Assembly (NCBI GenBank): GCA_963793305.1
Contig: CAWBZV010000003.1
Coordinates: 1,408,001-1,472,000, forward strand
Length of the DNA stretch: 64,000 nt
Reading direction: 5' to 3'
Origin: an uncultured Gemmatimonadales bacterium
Lineage (GTDB): Bacteria > Gemmatimonadota > Gemmatimonadetes > Gemmatimonadales > Gemmatimonadaceae
Positions 41,628 to 50,122 of this stretch are shown piece by piece; within the stretch, counting starts at the first letter, position 1, and every line of letters starts with the position of its first letter. A model generated the notes under the pieces. That model was not told where the DNA came from. It saw nothing but the letters and a program-made list of their open reading frames with translations, and ran no database searches. A program made the translations under genes and the position numbers.

Positions 41628-42528
41628 TTAGACCAGGAACTCTGCCCCGTCGGTTCCGACGATCAAGCCTGCATCAATTACGGCGCGTCGTTCAGGGGAA
41701 TCCTCTATCAAGATCGGGTTCGAGTTGTTGATATGCGTGTAGACGCGCCGTGCGGCGGTGATCGCGCTCAGCGCTTCGAGGCTTCCACCGGACCCCGAAA
41801 TCGGCACGTGCCCCATGGCTCGTGCTGTCGACGATGAGAATGCCGAGCGCGATCAGCTCGTCGTCTGTCCAGAATGTCCCGTCGAACAACACGAGATCAG
41901 CACTTTTCACTCGCTTCCTGACGTCGTCATCAATGGCCCCACACCCAGGAGCAAACACGACGCTCTTCTTGGTCGACATCTCACGCAATACGAGTCCCAC
42001 GGTATGCCCCGCACGCGCCTCTCTCGCAAATCTCGGCGGATCACCCGGCACAGAGAACGCCTCAACGGTGAGACCGTTGCCGAGTGGCACCTCCGCATTC
42101 AAGGGGAGTCGTTTGACGGCGACTTCCGCGAACGCGCGAGTCGTCGGCAAGAGACACGAGTCGTGTGTGAGAACGTGCTCGACCGCCTCGGTCGCGTACA
42201 CCGTGAGCTTCCGCGCCTCACGTAGCAGCGCCACGCCTAGCGTATGGTCGAGCTCGGCGTCTGTCAGTATGACGGCCTCGATCGGAACGTGCCGATACGT
42301 GCCTTTGGCCGGCATAACGCCCCGCATCAGCCACCGGAGCTGATCCCTGACGTCCGGCGACGCATTGCACAGATACCACCGCTCGCCGTCAGCACTCACC
42401 GCCATCGATGACTGCGATCGCGGGTGCGCCCGCGCCGGCGTCTCGCGCGCGACCCGGCACGTCGGGCAGAAGCAGTTCCACTGCGGGAACCCCCCGCCTG
42501 CGGCCGTACCCAGCAAAACGACCCTCAT
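41628..42528 (-). pseudogene. pqqB: PQQ biosynthesis protein PqqB, frameshift near 41839 (likely sequencing error)
   Basis: LGTAAGGGFPQWNC, NASPD, ELDHTLG, DGTFWTDDEL / MGHVPISG, HINNSNPIL. Confidence 0.9.
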
Positions 42529-42610
42529 ATCGCCGGATAGGTCATATTGCACCCAATACTACTCGCGCGTCCGGGAACCATTTACCCATAAACCTGCTAG
42601 CTTTCGCTGA

Positions 42611-43216
42611 ATGACGCCCGAGGAACAGCTCGAATACGACCGTAGTTTCGAGCAGGAGGCACTGCCGTGGCTCGACAACGTCTACCGATTCGCGCTGTCC
42701 CTGACCCGAAATGAAGCCGATGCCGACGACGTCGTTCAGGAAACCTTTCTCCGCGCCTACCGCTCGTGGCACACATTCGAGCGCGGAAGCGACGCCCGCC
42801 GCTGGCTCTTCACCATCTGCCGTAACGCCTTCCTGCGCACCCGCGAACGCGCCCGCCACCAGGTCGAACTGGAGGATGGCGACGTCGAAGCGGTGGCCCA
42901 TAACGTCGGCCAGAATGACGGCGCCGTCAGCGGCGACGAGCGCATTCTGACCCGCCTCGACCTCGCGCCGGCGCTTTCGAATGCCCTCGACAGGCTCCAG
43001 GAGCCATTCCGGTCGGCCGTGATGCTCGTCGACGTCGAAGATCAATCCTACGAAGCCGCATCGGCAATTCTCGGTGTGCCCATTGGCACGGTTCGATCCC
43101 GCCTCTTTCGTGGCCGTCGACTCTTGCAATCGATGCTCGCGAATTACGCGCGCGATGCCGGGTTCGCGACCGCGAAAACGCGTCCGGAGGACGCCAGTCC
43201 CGCCACTCATGAGTGA
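42611..43216 (+). CDS. ECF sigma factor (SigR/SigH-like)
   Basis: YRFALSLTRNEADADDVVQET, YEAASAILGVPIGTVRSRLFRGR. Confidence 0.93.
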   Translation: MTPEEQLEYDRSFEQEALPWLDNVYRFALSLTRNEADADDVVQETFLRAYRSWHTFERGSDARRWLFTICRNAFLRTRERARHQVELEDGDVEAVAHNVGQNDGAVSGDERILTRLDLAPALSNALDRLQEPFRSAVMLVDVEDQSYEAASAILGVPIGTVRSRLFRGRRLLQSMLANYARDAGFATAKTRPEDASPATHE

Positions 43217-43496
43217 GCAGAATCCTTCCACCCACAACCACGACTGCGGCCCGCTCGACTGCCGGGTCGTCCTTGAGCAACTCTGGGAATACCTCGACGG
43301 TGAGCTCAGCGAGGAAACCACGGTGCTAATCCGCCAGCACCTCGCGCTGTGCTCTTCCTGCTACCCGCAGTACGATTTCGAGAAAGCCTTTCTCGATGCC
43401 CTATCGGACTGCCGGTGTACGCGGTGCGCGCCCCACGAGCTCCGCGGCCGCGTGCTCGACGTCCTTCGGTCCGCGGGCTTTTCGGCGCCGGCCTAA
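43209..43496 (+). CDS. Soluble zinc-finger anti-sigma factor (RsrA/RshA-like)
   Basis: DCRVVLEQLWEYLDGEL..HLALCSSC; extra CRCTRC. Confidence 0.88.
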   Translation: MSEQNPSTHNHDCGPLDCRVVLEQLWEYLDGELSEETTVLIRQHLALCSSCYPQYDFEKAFLDALSDCRCTRCAPHELRGRVLDVLRSAGFSAPA

Positions 43497-43930
43497 GCCG
43501 CCTTTCGTACCGACCCGGCCTCGCCGTTCAGAGTCAATGAGAACTCGACCGGGATCGCCGGATCGAGCGAGTTGCGTACCGAGCAATACTTGACGATCGC
43601 GAGCTCGATCGCCCGTTCCGCGTTCTCCCGATCGATTCCCGCCCCCGTGATGTGAAAATCGAGTCGCGCGCTCGTCACCCGTGCCGGGATCGCGTCCGCT
43701 CGCTCGGCGTGTGCGTCGATATAGAGCGCTTCGGGTGGCGTCCGGCGCTTCGTCAGAATATCCACGACATCGACCGCCGAGCACCCGGCCAGGGCGTTCA
43801 CCAGTGTGTCGACGGGACTTGGCCCCGTCTCGCCGCTGCCGTCCATGCGCGCCGTCGGCCGTCCAGGCCGCCCGCCGTCGAATTTCGCTCCGCCGGCCCA
43901 AGTGATGCGGAGGTTTACGGGAGGTTTCAT
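43493..43930 (-). CDS. OsmC family protein
   Basis: GPSPVD..LAGCSAVDVVDIL..KYCSV. Confidence 0.9.
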   Translation of the reverse strand: MKPPVNLRITWAGGAKFDGGRPGRPTARMDGSGETGPSPVDTLVNALAGCSAVDVVDILTKRRTPPEALYIDAHAERADAIPARVTSARLDFHITGAGIDRENAERAIELAIVKYCSVRNSLDPAIPVEFSLTLNGEAGSVRKAA

Positions 43931-43968
43931 ATTCGCGAAACGTATACGCTAGCGTGGAGACGTAGAAC

Positions 43969-45582
43969 ATGGCGCAGCCAGGTTCATCAGAACCGACCAG
44001 TCGAGCGGAGCGCAGCGACGCATCGACGAGCCGCGGAGCGGCCAATCATATGGTCCCGGGGAGTGACCGACCTCCCATTCCGAGTGCCCAGAACCCACGA
44101 CCGCTGGCGCCCGACGAAACGATCACGGTCACCGTCCGCCTCCGCCCGGCCTCGCCCGACAAGGCCGACCGAATCTACAAGCGCGGCCCGCGCCGCCGCG
44201 GCGCCAAGCCGCTGTCCCGCGCCGCTCTCGCGGCGATCGTCAGCGCGAGCCCCGACGATGCCCGCGCCGTCGAGGCATTTGCCCACTCATTGGGCCTCAC
44301 GGTCGTCCAAGTCGATCTGGCACGTCGCACGATCGTCCTGAGCGGCCCAGCACCCGTCGTGCAAAAGGCTTTCGGCGTCACGTTGCACTGCGTGACAACG
44401 CCCCAGGGCGACTTCCGTCAGCGCACGGGAAGCGTGGTGGTCCCGTCGACGCTGGCCGATGTCGTCACGGGCGTCTTCGGGCTGGACAATCGCCCACAAG
44501 CCCGCACGCATTTTCGCATCCGCCGCCAACCGGCCGCGACGCCGGCCGTGAGCTACTCGGCGCCCAGCTTAAGCGGCGTTTACCAGTTTCCAAGCGGAGC
44601 CACCGGCGCCGGCCAATGCATTGGCCTGATCGAGCTCGGTGGAGGGTACCAGGCGTCGGATCTCAAGACGTACTTCAACGGCCTGTCGATCGCCGAGCCG
44701 ACCGTCGTCCCGGTCGGCGTCGACGGCGGAGCGAACTCGCCGACGGGCGACGCCAACGGCCCGGATGGCGAGGTGATGCTCGACATTGAAGTCGCCGGCG
44801 CGCTCGCTCCCGCCGCGACGATCGCCGTGTACTTCGCGCCGAACACCGACCAGGGATTTCTCGACGCGGTCACGACCGCCGTGCACGATACGACGCACAC
44901 GCCGACCGTGATCTCGATCAGCTGGGGCGGCCCGGAGTCCACCTGGACAGCGCAAGCGCAGCAGGCGATGGACGAGGCGTTCGCCGAAGCCGTCGCCATC
45001 GGCGTCGCGGTCTGCGTTGCCGCTGGCGACAGCGGCGCGACCGATGGCGTGACCGACGGCGCGCTGCACGTCGACTTCCCCGCGTCGAGCCCCAACGCGA
45101 TCGGCTGCGGTGGCACGAGCTTGGTCGTGTCAAACGGATCGCCCGCCGAGACAGTCTGGAATGATCTCGCGAGCAACGAAGGCGCGACCGGCGGTGGCTT
45201 TTCGACAACATTCCCGACGCCATCGTGGCAATCAAAGGCCACCGCCTCATTCAAGCAGACCGGCCGCGGCGTGCCCGATGTCAGCGCCGACGCCGACCCC
45301 GAGACGGGCTACAACGTCGTCGTCGATGGCTCGTCATTCGTGCTCGGCGGCACCAGCGCCGTCGCGCCGCTCTGGGCCGCGCTCATCGCCTGCTGTCAGC
45401 AAGCGAGCGGCCAGCACCTCACCGATCTCGTATCTCGGCTGTACACGGCGAACGGAGGATTTCGCGACATCACGCAGGGCGGCAACGGGGGCTACAACGC
45501 CGGCGCCGGCTGGGATCCGTGCACGGGACTCGGCGTTCCCGTCGGCTCCACGCTGCTCACTGCTGTCTGGGGGGCCAGTTAA
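43969..45582 (+). CDS. S53 (sedolisin/kumamolisin-like) peptidase with propeptide
   Basis: GLDNRPQA, GEVMLDIE, SISWG, AAGDSG, GGTSAVAP, GWDPCTGLG. Confidence 0.93.
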   Translation: MAQPGSSEPTSRAERSDASTSRGAANHMVPGSDRPPIPSAQNPRPLAPDETITVTVRLRPASPDKADRIYKRGPRRRGAKPLSRAALAAIVSASPDDARAVEAFAHSLGLTVVQVDLARRTIVLSGPAPVVQKAFGVTLHCVTTPQGDFRQRTGSVVVPSTLADVVTGVFGLDNRPQARTHFRIRRQPAATPAVSYSAPSLSGVYQFPSGATGAGQCIGLIELGGGYQASDLKTYFNGLSIAEPTVVPVGVDGGANSPTGDANGPDGEVMLDIEVAGALAPAATIAVYFAPNTDQGFLDAVTTAVHDTTHTPTVISISWGGPESTWTAQAQQAMDEAFAEAVAIGVAVCVAAGDSGATDGVTDGALHVDFPASSPNAIGCGGTSLVVSNGSPAETVWNDLASNEGATGGGFSTTFPTPSWQSKATASFKQTGRGVPDVSADADPETGYNVVVDGSSFVLGGTSAVAPLWAALIACCQQASGQHLTDLVSRLYTANGGFRDITQGGNGGYNAGAGWDPCTGLGVPVGSTLLTAVWGAS

Positions 45583-45592
45583 GTTTCGTTCC

Positions 45593-45943
45593 GTGCCCGA
45601 GCCAATTCTGTATCCCTACACCCGCCACGTGCTCGTCTGCACGGGCGGGTTTTGTTCGCCGGACCGAAGGGGCCGCGCGATCTACGCCGAATTGGCGAAG
45701 CTGCTGGAGCGAGAGGGTCTCTTATTCGGGCCCACGCGGGTCAAGCGTGGCGAAACGCCGTGCCTCGGCGTCTGCGCGGGTGGTCCGATCGTCGTGGTGT
45801 ACCCCGAAGGCATCTGGTACGCGCACGTGACCCCCGCGCTCCTCGAGCGCATCGTCGTCGAGCACTTGAAGCACGGGCGCATCGTCGAGGATGCCGTGTT
45901 TCATCGTATGGATCAGCCTAGCGACGCTCCACTGCATCCCTGA
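45593..45943 (+). CDS. Thioredoxin-like [2Fe-2S] ferredoxin
   Basis: HVLVCTGGFC..CLGVCAGGPIVVVYPEGIWY. Confidence 0.88.
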   Translation: MPEPILYPYTRHVLVCTGGFCSPDRRGRAIYAELAKLLEREGLLFGPTRVKRGETPCLGVCAGGPIVVVYPEGIWYAHVTPALLERIVVEHLKHGRIVEDAVFHRMDQPSDAPLHP

Positions 45944-46232
45944 TGTCGAGCAGAATCTCGAAGTAGAGCTGCTCTCTTCGATACGCGAAGTCCAAGGTCG
46001 TCATCTGGTTCTGATCGCCACTGGTCTTCGCGCGGTCGAAGGCCTCGCGGTACATCTCGTCGAGATTGTTGAGTACGCGGTCGCGTGGACGGGACATGAT
46101 GGGTTGAGGAAAGGTGAGACGCGGTGGAACGAACGGAAGGTCTTCCGGCGGGGGCGTGACCCGCTCGGCGACATCCAGCAGTCGCCGGGCTGCCTCGCGC
46201 AGGAATCCCCGTGGAGTGAGTGGGTCAGACAT
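45918..46232 (-). CDS. Hypothetical protein
   Basis: 104 aa ORF, helical C-terminus LDFAYRREQLYFEILLDIRD; overlaps TerC stop. Confidence 0.6.
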   Translation of the reverse strand: MSDPLTPRGFLREAARRLLDVAERVTPPPEDLPFVPPRLTFPQPIMSRPRDRVLNNLDEMYREAFDRAKTSGDQNQMTTLDFAYRREQLYFEILLDIRDAVERR

Positions 46233-47022
46233 CGGGGCGCCGCAACTTAAGCGCCGAGACCGCGATGGTCAGGCCGAGGAGACCTAAGACCACGGCGAGG
46301 GTCACGGCGGGTGGCACAGGCACCACGAGGCCGACGGCGACGAAGATGAGAATGGCCGCGAGGCCACGGTCGAGATACGTGATCCGGCTGATCGACGACG
46401 CGACGAGTGCATACAGTGATCGGAGTCCGATCACCGCCAAAATATTCGCGGTGTAAATAAGAAACGGGTCCCGCGTGACCGCGAAGGCCGCCGGCACGGA
46501 ATCGATGGCGAATATCACGTCCGCCGTCTCGACCATCACCAGCGTCGCCAGGAATGCCGACACTCCAGTCATCGTTGTCGCGGGCGGCCGGTGCGGCTTG
46601 CCAATGGCCAATCGCACGCCAGCCCACACGAGGAGCGCGGCGAACACGTAGGAGACCCACTCCAGGCGCGCGAGCAACGTCGTCCCGGCCAGAATGAACG
46701 CGGCGCGCATGACGACCGCGCCGAGCACGCCCCAGAGCAGCATGCGATGCTGATCGGGCTCGGACACGTGCCGCGACGTGAAGATGTACAGCATGACCAC
46801 GATGTTATCCGCCGAGAGGGAGAACTCGATCAGATAGCACGTGATGAACGCCACGGCAGCCGCGTTGCCCATGGTCTGCCGGACCCACACGGCGAACGCC
46901 AGGGCAAGCGCCACCCAGACGGCCGTCCAGACTGCCGCCCCTCGGCGTCCGCCCTTGCCGCCGAAGATCAGGTCCAGGCCGAGGGCGGCTAATACGACGA
47001 CATGGAACCCGACCCAGGTCGT
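46225..47022 (-). CDS. TerC/Alx family membrane protein (apparent ACG start)
   Basis: EFSLSADNI, DVIFAIDSVPA, NILAVIGLRSLY. Frame extends 36 codons above GTG 46914 (TWVGFHVVVLAALGLDL). Confidence 0.85.
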   Translation of the reverse strand, partial: TTWVGFHVVVLAALGLDLIFGGKGGRRGAAVWTAVWVALALAFAVWVRQTMGNAAAVAFITCYLIEFSLSADNIVVMLYIFTSRHVSEPDQHRMLLWGVLGAVVMRAAFILAGTTLLARLEWVSYVFAALLVWAGVRLAIGKPHRPPATTMTGVSAFLATLVMVETADVIFAIDSVPAAFAVTRDPFLIYTANILAVIGLRSLYALVASSISRITYLDRGLAAILIFVAVGLVVPVPPAVTLAVVLGLLGLTIAVSALKLRRPDV

Positions 47023-49115
47023 TAGAACGCCGCCAGCTCCTCGTAGGCGCGAACGAAATCAGATACTTGCGGGAGCGTCGCATCCTCGAGCTTCGGGGCA
47101 TATCCGACGAAGACATCAAGCGATGCCACGCGCTTCACCGGCGCGTCGAGCCACGCAAAGCACTCATCGGCGATCGCGGCCGAGATCTCGGCCCCATATC
47201 CCCAGGAGCTCGAATCTTCATACGCTACGAGAACGCGCGACGTTTTTCGTACGGACGCAAACACCGCCTCGCGATCCCACGGCGACAAGGTGCGCAGATC
47301 GATGATCTCGACGTCGATCCCTCTCTCCGCCACATCATTCGCCGCCACGAGTGCGCGCTGCACCGTGGCGCCGTAAGTGACCACCGTGAGGTCGCGACCA
47401 GGCCGTACAACGCGCGCTTTGCCGAACGGAATCATGAAGTTGGAGCCAGGCGAGCGCCCCTTGTTGTACGTCTGCCGATACAGATGCTTGTGCTCGAGGA
47501 AGATGACGGGATCGTCGCAACGGATCGCGGTGCGCAACAACCCGTTCGCGTCGAGTGCAGTCGACGGACACACCACGCGCAGTCCGGGACAGTGCGTAAA
47601 GAGCGAGGCGCCAGTCTGAGAGTGATAGATGGCCCCGCGGATGTAGCCGCCGTACGTCACGCGCACGACCACCGGCGCGCTGAACGAGTTATTCGACCGC
47701 CACCGCATCGTCGCCAGCTCGTCGCGGAGCTGCATATACGCGGTCCAGATGTAATCGAAGAACTGAATCTCGACGACCGGCTTGAACCCGCGCGTCGCCA
47801 ACCCGATGGCCCGCCCGATGATGTTCGCCTCGGCCAGCGGCGAATTGTACACGCGGTTGGCGCCGAACTCGCGCTGCAGCCCCCAGGTGACCTTGAACAC
47901 GCCACCCTTGCCCTTCACCTGATCGAGCACCTCTTCGCGCGATGCATCGGCCACGTCCTCACCGAACACCAAAATCTTCGGGTCGCGCCGCATCTCGTCC
48001 CGCATGCAGACATTGAGCAGATCGACCATCGTCGTCGGCTCACCGCTCAGCTGCGGATCATCCTCGGTGTCGAACTGCTCGCCAGTCGGATCGACATCCG
48101 GCGAGTACACCGCGTACAACGCGGTCGAGCCCTCGGGCTGCGGCTGCGCGAGCGCATCGTCGGTCGCCGCCTGTATCTCGGCGTCCGCCGCCTCGCGGAT
48201 CGCGGCCAACTCGTCCTCGGTGGCCAGCCCTTCGGCAACGAGCCACGCCGGGAACGTGCGCAGCGGGTCGCGCTGCGCATCGGCATCGCGCTCAGCCGGT
48301 GGGCGATAGAGCTTCTCGTCATCGGAGAGCGAGTGCGAATACGGCCGGATAACGGTCGCCCGCACGAGCGCCGGACCCTTTCGCTCCCTCGCGTACTGCA
48401 CGGCGCGCGACATGGCGCCGTAGCTCGCGATCACGTCGCAGCCGTCAACATCTTCGACATACAAACCCGGAAACGATCGTACCAACTTCGAAATCGAGCC
48501 GCCGGGCGTATTGACCTCGACGGGCACCGAGATCGCGTACCCGTTGTCCTCGACGAGGTACACGACGGGCAATTTCAGGTTGGTCGCCGTACTCAACGAT
48601 TCCCAAAATTCCCCTTCGCTCGTCGCCCCGTCGCCGGTCGAGACATAGCAGACTTCGTCTGTAGTCGCGAGATCATTCCCACGGAGCCACCCCTCGGCAC
48701 ACCCAACAGCCTGCAAGAATTGCGTCCCGGTGGGCGACGAAGACGACGTGATGTTATACGCCTTAGCGCCCCAGTGGCTCGGCATTTGGCGGCCACCCGA
48801 CGCAGGGTCGATCGCCGCCCCAACGGCCTCATAGAGCATGTCGGCCGGCGTGACGCCGAGCATCAAGCAGAGCGCGCGGTCGCGGTAGTAGGTATAGAAC
48901 CAGTCGGCGCCCGAGCGGAGCGCGAGCCCCGCGGCGACCAATATCGCTTCGTGCCCAGCGCCAGAGATCTGAAAGAAGATCTTGTTCTGACCCTTGAGCT
49001 GAATCTCTTTATCATCAATGCGCCGCGCCAGATACATGGTGCGATACGCGGCAATCAGTTGGTCGCGGCGGAGACCACCGGCCACCGCGCCTTCAAGGTC
49101 GGTATGTGCAGCCAT
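47022..49115 (-). CDS. 2-oxoacid dehydrogenase E1 alpha/beta fusion
   Basis: [44 protein letters not shown]. Confidence 0.93.
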   Translation of the reverse strand: MAAHTDLEGAVAGGLRRDQLIAAYRTMYLARRIDDKEIQLKGQNKIFFQISGAGHEAILVAAGLALRSGADWFYTYYRDRALCLMLGVTPADMLYEAVGAAIDPASGGRQMPSHWGAKAYNITSSSSPTGTQFLQAVGCAEGWLRGNDLATTDEVCYVSTGDGATSEGEFWESLSTATNLKLPVVYLVEDNGYAISVPVEVNTPGGSISKLVRSFPGLYVEDVDGCDVIASYGAMSRAVQYARERKGPALVRATVIRPYSHSLSDDEKLYRPPAERDADAQRDPLRTFPAWLVAEGLATEDELAAIREAADAEIQAATDDALAQPQPEGSTALYAVYSPDVDPTGEQFDTEDDPQLSGEPTTMVDLLNVCMRDEMRRDPKILVFGEDVADASREEVLDQVKGKGGVFKVTWGLQREFGANRVYNSPLAEANIIGRAIGLATRGFKPVVEIQFFDYIWTAYMQLRDELATMRWRSNNSFSAPVVVRVTYGGYIRGAIYHSQTGASLFTHCPGLRVVCPSTALDANGLLRTAIRCDDPVIFLEHKHLYRQTYNKGRSPGSNFMIPFGKARVVRPGRDLTVVTYGATVQRALVAANDVAERGIDVEIIDLRTLSPWDREAVFASVRKTSRVLVAYEDSSSWGYGAEISAAIADECFAWLDAPVKRVASLDVFVGYAPKLEDATLPQVSDFVRAYEELAAF

Positions 49116-49144
49116 CGCGATAAAATAGCCGACGCCGGGATTTC

Positions 49145-49173
49145 TTGACAGCGCTGCGTACATGAGGAACATT
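49145..49173 (+). promoter_or_regulatory. Putative sigma70 promoter of HIT-MarR
   Basis: TTGACA-N17-AACATT followed by SD GAGG. Confidence 0.5.
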
Positions 49174-49187
49174 GGTGAGGGATTCCA

Positions 49188-49640
49188 ATGACCAAACCAA
49201 GTCCGCATTGCATCTTCTGCGACCTCATCCGGGGTGCAGCGGAAGTGTCCATATGTTACGAGGACGCGACGGCCCTCGCGTTCATGGACATTCAGCCGGT
49301 CAATCCCGGCCACGTCCTGGTCGTCCCGAAAGCCCATTACGAAACCTTGGTCGACGTGCCCCACGACGTGGCGATGCATCTGTTCAATGTCTCGATGCGC
49401 CTCGCGCCGGTCATTCGCCGCATGGCGGGCGCGCGCGACATGAACATCGTGGTCAATAGCGGCCCGAACGCGGGACAGAACGTCTTCCACTATCACGTGC
49501 ATCTCATCCCGCGGACGAACACCGACGGCTTCGACATCCCGCTCCCGTTCGACCGCTCACTCATGCCCGACCGGACGCTGCTCGATGCGATGGCGGCCCG
49601 CATCACGACCGCGCTCCGCGATCCCGTGCGGGTCGCATGA
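49188..49640 (+). CDS. HIT family hydrolase
   Basis: [29 protein letters not shown]. Confidence 0.93.
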   Translation: MTKPSPHCIFCDLIRGAAEVSICYEDATALAFMDIQPVNPGHVLVVPKAHYETLVDVPHDVAMHLFNVSMRLAPVIRRMAGARDMNIVVNSGPNAGQNVFHYHVHLIPRTNTDGFDIPLPFDRSLMPDRTLLDAMAARITTALRDPVRVA

Positions 49641-50122
49641 CGACCAAAGCGCCGAACGACATCGCGAGCACGCTGTGGGCGGCGCTCGGCGACGCGTATG
49701 CGGCGATGGCCGCGCACGCGACGGCCGATGCCGCGCGCTACGGCTTTAGCCTGGCCGAGCTGGCGGTGCTCGATGTCCTCCACGAGCGCGGGCCAATGCT
49801 CCTGGGCGAGCTCCAGCGCCACGTGTCGGTCTCGAGCGGCGGCGCGACCTTCCTGGTCGATCGCCTGGAAGGCAAGGGGCTCGTTCGCCGGAAGAGTTGC
49901 GCCGACGACCGGCGGGCGACGTTCGCGGCCCTGACGTCGAAAGGCGAGAAGGTGCTCACGCGCATTCGGCCCAAGCACGTGCGCGCGATCCGCAAAGCGG
50001 CCTCGGGACTGAGCGGCCGCCGCCAGCGCATGGTGACGAAGCTACTCCGCGAGCTCGCCGAAGCCGCTACCGCTAATAGTCGACCGGACGCAAATAGCTC
50101 TCGCCGATCCCGGACTGACTGA
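49637..50122 (+). CDS. MarR family transcriptional regulator
   Basis: VSSGGATFLVDRLEGKGLVRR..DDRR..LTSKG. Confidence 0.9.
   Translation: MTTKAPNDIASTLWAALGDAYAAMAAHATADAARYGFSLAELAVLDVLHERGPMLLGELQRHVSVSSGGATFLVDRLEGKGLVRRKSCADDRRATFAALTSKGEKVLTRIRPKHVRAIRKAASGLSGRRQRMVTKLLRELAEAATANSRPDANSSRRSRTD

Noticed and set aside
47067..49148. Long antisense ORFs (693 aa here; also 2750-4207, 54974-56476, 56726-58306)
   Set aside because: Shadow frames of well-supported genes in high-GC DNA; no recognisable motifs
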